From Trichoplax adhaerens (Eukaryota; Animalia; Placozoa): DNA of 64,000 nt. Under the pieces are notes generated by a model that was not told the origin of the DNA, searched no databases, and saw only the letters and a program-made list of their open reading frames with translations. The position numbers and the translations under genes are program-made. Within the stretch, counting starts at the first letter, position 1. The number at the start of each line of letters is the position of its first letter. Of this stretch, positions 54,666 to 64,000 are shown in pieces. The DNA is taken from contig NW_002060966.1 of NCBI RefSeq assembly GCF_000150275.1, positions 467,922 through 531,921 of the forward strand, read 5' to 3'.

Positions 54666-57600
54666 TCACTTCAATTTATTCGCTGTTAGAAATAACGTTG
54701 CATTGGGCGTTAGTCCAGATTCATATAACGTTGCATCCATATCCGTATATAGCTTCTTGGGAAAGGAAGAACGAATCTCAAACGGTGGTTCCGAAGACGA
54801 CCTTTATAACAAAAGGTAAATTTAATTTCTTCTAGCCTTCAAATTTGATAGATGATACAGCTGTATTTTTACACTTTACCTTTGGTTACTTATATATTTA
54901 TATAGATCCTGAATCGTATCATTAAATTTTAATTTAACGATATATACCTGTATTGTGAAATTAAATAGGTAAAGTTTAACAGCCTTCAGATACATATCCC
55001 TTAATCTAGTGTTCGCAAACACCAGAATGCCCTACATTATACAAAGTAACGTAGTAATTAATGATTACTTGGCTATTGTCTTCATTCTTAATTCGCAACG
55101 TTGTAATATCATGTGGAGTTGCAGGCCTCTCAGATTCATCAGCGTGTCTAATGATAGAAAACAGCACGAAACCAACGGGAATTTGGTAAATTAAATCGAT
55201 TAAAAACTTTTAAATGAATGGGTAGTTTCCTAGTATGCTTAAAATTATATTTATTTACAATCCGGTTGCCTATTAAGCAGATACAATTCGTAAACTAAAA
55301 GTATATGCGTAGATATAGCTATCAATATGGAACAAGCCTTTATCATAAAATACTGCATTAATTAAATTATGTGATTTTATTACTATATTCTTAATTTAGC
55401 CGTCTGATCTTACTTTACTTTCATGTCTTTCACTTGTTTAGTTTCTACGATCACAACTTTACTTTTCGTAGAATCGCTTGTCTGATAAATTTTAGTTTAA
55501 ATTTAAAATTTTTAGTAGCCTCTCAATAATACATAAGAAGAGGTGCAGTGCTAATAATGGAACTGTGAGTCTTAGCAAAATCTTTGTCAAATCTCGTACA
55601 ATAGTTTATATATATATTGATTTGATATGTAAATAGTTTACCTGAATATTTTCCTTAATATCTGATCGAATATTAACAATTTTTCCATCGCGTATGACAG
55701 ATTCAGGCAACTTCGATAAAAATTTATCTACAGTAACTGGTTTTCCTAATCAAGATATTTTCAAGAACTTTGTCTCAATTCAACCCTTGGCTATACATAT
55801 CTAAGCTATTAAATGATATACCAGCTAATTTGCTAGTGACTTTAACTTTATCCCGCCGCGACACCATGTTGCCCGGTGGATTCGACTTTCCGCCCAAAAT
55901 ATTTCCAAGACCAGGAAAATTATCTAATCGCTGATTTCGATATTCTGTTTCACGATGATCGTAAATCTATAATCGATAAGAGGATAGAATTCTCAGCAAA
56001 TGTCTTAATGAAGCATAATCAAGTGGGCTTGAAATTCAGTTCTAAAGATTTTAATATTTCATTCAGTTTAGGAATAACCTGGAATGGTACGCCGTCTGGA
56101 TGTCTAGATTGTAATTCTGATGGAAAATAACCATCACAAATATCGCGAATAAATTGCTGTATAAGCAATACGAGAATATGCGTACAGAAATGTATTTCAA
56201 ATCAGTATTTTTAACATAAAGGTTCAAAGTTTAATCTATAAAACTTCTGTTATGAAATCAGACGCTATTAATTACGTAGATGGTTAGGTAATCGCCTTTA
56301 TAGGCATACTGATAAAGGCAACATTTGCTAGTAAATCAGTTTTACCTGTGCATAGGGTTCATCATAATACCTAAATGGACCTTCGTATAAAGCGAAACCA
56401 TTGCTATAAATCGAGATAGGAATTGCGTCTGGAATCTGAAATGGTAAGTATTTAAGTACATCAGTTACCAGAGTTTACACATCTAGAAACCAGAGACGAA
56501 GGTCATATCCTTTTTAGATATGAATGTTGAATATTAACTCGTTTATAAACCTGAAAAACAGCTCTTCCTGTTGTCTTGACAATCTTAGGATTATCCGCAT
56601 TTGCCAATAAATTTAGTTCCTACAAGCAGTTAATGACAAATGTTAGAGGATTAACTAATACAGAAACCAACACAATCGAATAGTGGCCTTATAGCGTGCA
56701 TTTTTCTCAGATAAACAGGCATTCGGGCAACTATTTTGTGCTTATTGGTGGTAGCAAACATTAACATGTGAGAATAAAATTTCTGTCTAACATTTCTAAA
56801 AAAAGTCATGCTTTGTTTGATACTGTATGAAAACCTTGTAGAAAGATTTTGATAATCACAAATTTCTCTACGTAGTACAATATTAACTTACCTTAATATT
56901 TTCAATCACAAGATTAAAATCAATTGCCGTTGCTGTTGCAAGTGATTGTTCTGATAAATATTAGAATGTAAATTAGATCAATTTCGATCATTCCTATTGC
57001 ATGCAATAAGCTTATTGATAATGACTGATTGATTTTGGGAGAATGATCAAACCTGGTTGCCACATAGTCGTCGATGCAGTATTTTGTTTCTCAGAATTAT
57101 CTTGTGTACTACTGTCTTCGTCGTCTTCGCTTTCGTCATCTCCTATCCACACGAGGCCATAATCATTCAAAAATCGCTGCGTAATTTAGAGACAGATACA
57201 GAGTAAGAATTTTAGATGAACTTGTATGGTGTATTATAAAGTTAATACAAATTTGAGATTGTTAGATTTAAGCAATATCCATTCAAAGGCGTGAGAAAAT
57301 CTTAACCTCCATTTCATGGACTTGTCTTTGTAATGTAACGCATTTTGCTTTTAGTTCTCTGTAAGATTCTTCGTCATCATTTCTAGCTAAAAGAGATGAA
57401 TTTAAAAATATGAAATAATGAAAGCAGAAATGATTTGTGCCTAGTCTTTTACGGGATATTTGTATATAATAGCTAATTTATTATAGAAGATCAAACGAAA
57501 GTACATATATACTGATCAGTTTTCTAAGTATTTTAAGAACAAGTCATATGCAATGCGAATAGAGTTACGTAAGTATTGTAGTCCTATGAGATATCTTAAT

Positions 57601-59084
57601 GATCGACATATTATTCATCTAAAGTCGAAAATTTTGATCAGTCTTTCGAAATTACAAGTTTATTATATAATAAAATAAGTATTATAACATCAGTGGCGAG
57701 GAGTCAAGTGAGCGTATATAAGTTTAGGCCATGATTGGAAATTAATTAGAAATTTGATCACTGATGTACACTGAACCCCTACAATATCTTGTCATTAAGG
57801 TATGAGATATCGAATTTTCTGCAATACAACTATTTAAAACTACAACATTGCGTTATAAGATGGAATAAAGAATAGATTTTCTGCATGGCTGAAGTTAATC
57901 CATTCATGACTGTGGTATAGCTTCAGGTTTATATTTGCACAAATAACATTTTTGCTTGCGAATTTATAGTATCTCATCATATCTGGTAGTCTTACAAAGC
58001 AATAGATAGAATTTGTCTTACCATTCTTTAACTTTAGCTGCTTGACTTGGAACTCTAGGTGCCTAATTCTTTTATCCTAGATTGATTCAATATCACACAG
58101 ATTTAAGACTGTTGTATTTCATAAGCAGAATATTACTAGCAATAAGTAGCATAATGTTAAATAGGACCTTTTCAGCTCCATCTTGCTTCGCTAATGCCAA
58201 TTGCTTCTCAGTTGTGGTTAATCGCTTAAGCATAACTGACATAAGATCAGCGTCTGCTTCACTATCGCCTGAAATAATAGGCAGTTTAGCTAAGATCATA
58301 ATTCGAAATAGAATTCGGTAGCTATTACAGTTCAAGCCTGAGTGTTGTTCAAGAGGGAACTAACGTAACGGGAAATTATTCTGCTTACCTCTAGGTGACT
58401 TTCTTGAGCTTCGATCGTGCTGAATGTCATTAACTATTTCCTTCTGTAAGTAATCACTAAATTTCTTATTCATTTCTTGAGCATATAGTTCCTCATCTAA
58501 TTTCATTTTATAGCAAATTCAATTACACTTAAAACTATCTCGCCAATTAGGTTTACAGTTGTGATGAAGTCATTACTAGAATAAATCAAATGAAGATATT
58601 GAAGCCGCTACCTGTTCTTTGAACTTGAGTATTTCGGAATGGAGCGATTCTCTTTTTCCTATTTGATGTAATGATTGAATCATAAAGTAAATTATCGACT
58701 AATATGATGCAGAAGACTAGGCATCAACGTGTAAAGGAATGCGATCTTGAGTATAGCTTTCTGAGTTGTCTATTAATTTAACACGAAATAATACCGCAAA
58801 TCTCTGTGAATTACATATCGATAGTATAAATAGAAGTCATCGTCTATCGCTGCGGAAAGTAGATTACATCATTAAATTATAAGCAAGTCATAACATTCAT
58901 TCTCCGTGTCTGCCTTTATGACTATAATTTGTGTTTATACCATCCTCTACCATTCTAAAACTTACGTTATCTGTTCTTCATTGTCTTCCTGCTTTGGAAG
59001 GGAGTATAGATTGCCTTCTTTCTGATTTGATGGCACTAAAGGCACCCTTTTGGTTTTTTTCAAACTCTGTATCGGTCCACTCAT
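54666..59084 (-). CDS. UBXN11: UBX domain-containing protein 11 (coiled coil + SEP + UBX), multi-exon
   Basis: Start MSGPIQSLKKTKRVPL (ATG 59084). Internal exons give KCVTLQRQVHEME|RFLNDYGLVWIG, IPISIYSNGFALYEGPF, DICDGYFPSELQSRHPDGVPFQV and KFLSKLPESVIRDGKIVNIR. The end is FEIRSSFPKKLYTDMDATLYESGLTPNATLFL, stop at 54666-54668. Confidence 0.92.
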
Positions 59085-60449
59085 ATTAATATCCAATAAT
59101 GATATTTAGTTACGCACAATTTATTTTCAACTGTAATGGTAACTTTAAATAATTCCTTATGATTTCTTTTTGTAGCTTCAACTATATAAGGCTTCTTAAA
59201 CTAATCAGATCAACCTAATCGATTGAATAGTGACGGTTTAAAATTCACATTTAACTCTGATTTCATGGATCACTTAGTACCAAGAACTTTATTAATAGAT
59301 TAACTTTAACGTAGTCATTGTATAACATCGATGTCGTTATTTATAAATATAAAATGCGTTGATTACAGCAGTTAATGCTGTACTATCAATACTAGAACAG
59401 CATAGGTGCTGTGATTAGCTTAAAGTCTTGTAGCATACTAAATAATAATAGTTTATGTACTGTATCGGTCATGTTAACGCCTTGTGTAATACGGTAATCA
59501 TATTAATTATTAGCAGATGCAAACACTGCATAGTTATCGTTATAAGATTCGAAACAAATCCATATTTGTTCAAGTACAGTAATTTTTCAGAAATATAGTG
59601 AATTTATATGGAATGACAGCGAAGAAACTGGCTGTAGGTTGGTCATTAATAGCCAATAACGGTCTAAGACTGTTGATGTCTCGGCGACAAGAGTCAACTT
59701 TAAATAAAGTAAATATGATTCATAGATTGTCAAATCTTGCATGGAATAGATGCAATAAACAAATTGTGAATTTGATATGCAATAACTACATTATTGTTTA
59801 AAATGTAGAAATTATTCTCCTTTGTATTCGCTCGAGAATAATGAACTTGTTAAGTGCTCCCCTCGTAATGATACAGTTCGTATAGTTAATTAACTCTAGC
59901 TATTTTATCAACTACAGCTAGATTGGAAATAGAATAGCCTGCTGAAGTTGTAATAACTTTACAATCTATAACTTAGAGTAAGAGGAATTTATGGCTCTCA
60001 AATCCTCATAAACACCTTAAATCAAATGGAATGCAACTTAATGTTAGCTGTTTTCTGTAGAGACGCCCGATTATTGTTGTTAAAGACAGTTGTGACTACG
60101 TGTACACAAGCTGGTCGTGCCATACATTGAAGTAGTCGTTTCGTTCCCATTTCAGAAATCTAATGGAAAGAGAACATGTGGAGCATTGTTTATCAGCCAA
60201 TAATTCTAATTAATTATGAAATGGCAAATTCTGCAAGGATTTACACTTACCATAACACGTTACACTTCAGAAATAAACGTGCCTACGTCATACTGACCGA
60301 ATGTATTTCAGAATGAAATTATTATATCGGTAGGATAAGGGATAATCTATAAGGATGTTCCGCTATAATTAGTACTACGAGAAATATGAATCAATTAAAA
60401 GCACAAATGTAGCGTGCTGCTCAGATGATTATAACTGATTCAACTCCTA

Positions 60450-60930
60450 TGTAGGAGCTACTGATGAAATGCATTAAAAAATCCTACAAGCAGCGACAAG
60501 TAGGCCTGATCGATGCTGTACTTATGCAGACTTTATACTAGATCTCCCAAAATGTACTTATAGCTCTACAACGATACAACATAAAGCAAATTAGGACAAC
60601 GTTAAAGAAGACAAATAGAGTAAGTATAATAACTTCATTAGCCCATGAATGCATAAGAAATAGCAAAGCCAAAGTCTAACTGAACGGATATATTTTTGAA
60701 CGACATATTTTATGCATAATATGAGGAATTGCTGATTATGGAATGTTATAAAGAAATCGTGCAAACTGCGACAAGTAGGTCTGATCGATACAGCACTAAT
60801 CTAGAGCCATAGTTAGAGCCCTAAAGATACGCTTATAACTCTACAGCGATGCAATATCGAATAAATTAGGATAATGATTAAGAAGACGGATAGTGTAACT
60901 ATAGTAACTTCATGACCGGTGCATGCGTAA
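60450..60930 (+). repeat. Diverged direct repeat, ~200-bp unit with ~275-bp period
   Basis: gcgacaagtagg(c/t)ctgatcgat at 60493 and 60768, with colinear downstream similarity. Confidence 0.8.
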
Positions 60931-61092
60931 AAATAAGAGTGATACTTAACTAATACTAACCGAAAGTATTGTCGATCACCAGAATAGTTTCTATAAGGTA
61001 CGGAATAGGGTATAAGTAGTTTGTGTTTAATAGACGGCATTTATACTGTATCCCATTTGACACGCAAGCGTAGTTTCGTCATTATTGATGCC

Positions 61093-61106
61093 GTATCCAT
61101 AGCAAC
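61093..61106 (+). promoter_or_regulatory. RFX X-box motif upstream of CCDC81
   Basis: GTATCCATAGCAAC matches the X-box consensus GTHNYYATRRNAAC, ~175 bp upstream of the ATG. Confidence 0.6.
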
Positions 61107-61279
61107 TTAATCAAGCTAAATTGCTGTATGGCAATAGTTGACATTAAAAAGATTTCAAGCTATAACATAAGTCAGCGTCACGGAATTGAAATCGGACATG
61201 AAATTTTAGCTAGTAATATCCGATTATTCTTTAATTTAAAAGGTTATTTCGTTGTATCATCATCTTCCTCATTGCCAAG

Positions 61280-63916
61280 ATGAATGGATTAATTGATGAA
61301 GCAAAAAAGAATCGTTTCTCAACCATTCCTGATCTTTCCACCAATGGTAAGTATAAGATCATAAAATGTGATGATGCTATGGTCGATTGCTTTAACACCA
61401 GAGAAAAACTGATCATAATAATCATAAGCATGTTTCAAATTGATACGGTGATCTATTGATAAGCTATACCCTGTACATTTGAACTTTAAGATTTGATAAT
61501 TTGTTCTCTTTCATTTTATCAGATGTCCTTGATATTTGGGACAATATTTCGAGATTTGTCGAACAGCAAATGCTGTTGCAAAAGGTGTGCTACGCTATAT
61601 CACTTCATTTATTGACAAAGGATTAGTAACTTTCAAAACTTGCTACATTAGCGGAAATAAATGTAAAAGGCTATTTGAATGTCATATTGACGGCATATTT
61701 ATATTGATTAGGGTGTTTCCATACCTGGCTTGGGGACATTTACTTTCTCTCAAAAGAAACTCGATATGGGTGGCAATAAATATATTCTATTCCAACGTCC
61801 TATATTTACGATATCCGAAAAATTCGCCCAAAGCCACGGCATAGCCTTTACTAAAACTTATACCCCAGGTAGCTATAACATAGATATATGTACAATATCA
61901 AGATGATGTAAAGTGATTCAAATATGGCATGTACAAGAACTCGCAGTAGCATTTCTAAAAATTGATAGAAATTAATTTAACTGCAATAAAGTCTATCAAG
62001 TAATCATAACAACCTAAACGGAGTGATTAGAGAACGATTGTACGATGATAATCAGGCGCCATTATCAATCAACAATACACTTTAGTGATTTTGTGTTGCA
62101 AATGATAGGGTGGAAAATATCGACGAAGTTAATGCTTTTCCCTGCTGTTGTACAAATTTTAATTAAATTAGTTCATTGCAGTGAATATATAATTCTTGTA
62201 GATCGATCATTATTTTTCTTTTAATCATCGGTAACTTTTCGATTAACTATTTATTGAGTATTGTTGTATTAACATTTCCACAGTATAGCAGAAAAAGCAC
62301 TCATTTCTATTTCTATTTACATATACATATATAAAATTTAAACGAGAAAATGTTGTACCGTAATTAAAATGAGTTAAGCTGCTAGTAAACTTTAATTTTC
62401 TTTAAACGAAATTGACAGCTTACTGCAAGCTTTGCGCCAATAAGTAATATTTAATGGAAAGTAAATTGTGATTATGCCAATGGGGTCTAACGGTAGTTGC
62501 AGTTAAGTTAGATTCAACTAGTCTTTCCAATGGTAGGTACATATTACTTCATAGCAAGGATGTTTCTGATCGGTTTTTACCTATTATAAAAAATAGGTGA
62601 GATCCCGGTCATATCTTTAAATCTATCGTATTTATCCAATGAGAGTCCATTTAACCGTGATACTATCGAGGCTTGCGTAAAAGAGGTCCTTATGGCTCTG
62701 TCAAAGTCGGTTCGAGCAAATCGTAACATAGAGTTTACATTTACGGGCGTCGGTAGACTATGCATTCGTAGCAAAAAGGTCAAAATGAAGTTTTTCAAAG
62801 AGTTTATTAATTGTATGGACGGCTCTGGTCATCTGGCTCAAGCCTTGAGCAATGTAAGATATTTATAATAAAATAAGTTCAAAACATGTGACTGGTTCAT
62901 GCTAATAACTAATCAACGTTATCCACAAACAGAGACCTTTTACCGCTGATTCAGTCATTTCACCCACTAAACGCCCTGGAACTGGGAATACAGTTATTTT
63001 ACCCAGGTACTACTCAGAACATAAACAAATCATTGGGATATAAATGGATATTTCATCAATTATGATACAAGCTGAAGTTAACCGTTTATTTCTTATTTCA
63101 TTTGCTGTAAATTAGATTGAATACACCCGTAGATAAAGATGCCTTAGCTCCAGAAACTAGCCGACTAACTCCAATTTCCAGGCGTTCAGTTACTTCTTTA
63201 GGCCATGTAAGTGATGGTCGAAAAAGTATGCCAATTATCCAAGAAGACATGGAGGAATTTAAATTAAACGGTATTGGAGAGAGTACTTTAGGATGAGCCC
63301 TTCATTTTCTAGTTGATATCGTTTTTATCTGACAGCTTAATAACTTTAACTAGATGAGGAAAATTTAAAGCACGATAATAAATCAAACGTTTTGAGGGAA
63401 AGCGAGATACACGGAAATTCTGATCAAAAATTGTCGTTTAAAAACAGTCCAGAAGAAATGATTGAAAATCAATTATCACCTATTAAACGTGATACGCTTC
63501 TAACTCCGAATAATTCCAGAGCCCCTTCACGGCAGCAGTCATTATCGCCTAGAGAGCAGTTGAGTCCATCAAGACGCACTAGTAATGCAAGCAGGTTATC
63601 TGTAGAAAAACCTTCCGGAAGTCGTTCTCCTTCAACAGCTAGAACTCATGTTGATAATCAGAAACCATCTGAGGATTCAACTGGCAAGCTACAAACCGAG
63701 TTTGGAGAAAAGAATGCTGTTGCCGCAGGTAAGGTTTTACTATGCCCCCATCATGGTCAAGCTGGACAAGAATTATGTTATTTGTGTCACCAGCGGGAAG
63801 CAAAGAATGTTCAAATATCTTATGCTAAAGAGAAAGCTCAAATGGATAGAGATTATGATACAATCTTACAAAAATATCAACAACAACAAGATGCAGAACG
63901 TATTACTAAAGAATTG
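61280..63916 (+). CDS. CCDC81: Coiled-coil domain-containing protein 81 (HU/IHF-like domains), multi-exon, continues past the window end
   Basis: MNGLIDEAKKNRFSTIPDLSTN|DVLDIWDNISRFVEQQMLLQK|GVSIPGLGTFTF...QRPIF.ISEKF...|EIPVISLN...CVKEVL...IEFTFTGVGRL...VKMKFFKEF...RPFTADSVIS...GQELCYLCHQR; the last exon in the window ends at the donor at 63917. Confidence 0.9.
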
Positions 63917-64000
63917 GTAAGCACTATTATGCTTTCGGCATAGTTTATTTCATAAAGAGCCCTCAATATCGATTAGTTCACTGTACTATTTTCAGTCAAT

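Noticed and set aside
55009-58321. Plus-strand ORFs 55009-55194, 55876-56130 and 58082-58321
   Set aside because: Antisense to UBXN11 exons.
61536-62798. ORFs 61536-61844 (+) and 62577-62798 (-)
   Set aside because: Wrong-frame or antisense readings over CCDC81 exons and introns.

Overview
AT-rich, compact eukaryotic (animal) genomic DNA with short GT-AG introns. Gene style (intronless 42-aa TPR genes, small introns) suggests a placozoan such as Trichoplax; this is an inference. From left to right: (1) the 3' part of a vault PARP (PARP4/VPARP; VIT, vWA, long acidic/Pro-rich linker, MVP-binding end); (2) three tandem, decayed death-domain exons; (3) an intronless TPR gene; (4) a ~1,520-aa spliced gene with a ~1,000-aa disordered N-terminus followed by a ZU5/UPA-like module and a C-terminal CARD (a CARD8/PIDD-like layout); (5) a 50-N assembly gap; (6) a spliced TIR-only gene that keeps the putative catalytic Glu; (7) an intron-containing piggyBac transposase pseudogene; (8) decayed duplicated exon-like blocks; (9) an 881-aa intronless TPR gene with an N-myristoylation motif and a probable decayed TPR copy next to it; (10) UBXN11 on the minus strand, head-to-head with CCDC81, with an RFX X-box upstream of CCDC81. 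The ~9-54.5 kb interval between conserved genes looks like a fast-turnover innate-immunity/cell-death island (death domain, CARD, TIR, TPR). All domain calls come from reading translations by eye, not from database searches.
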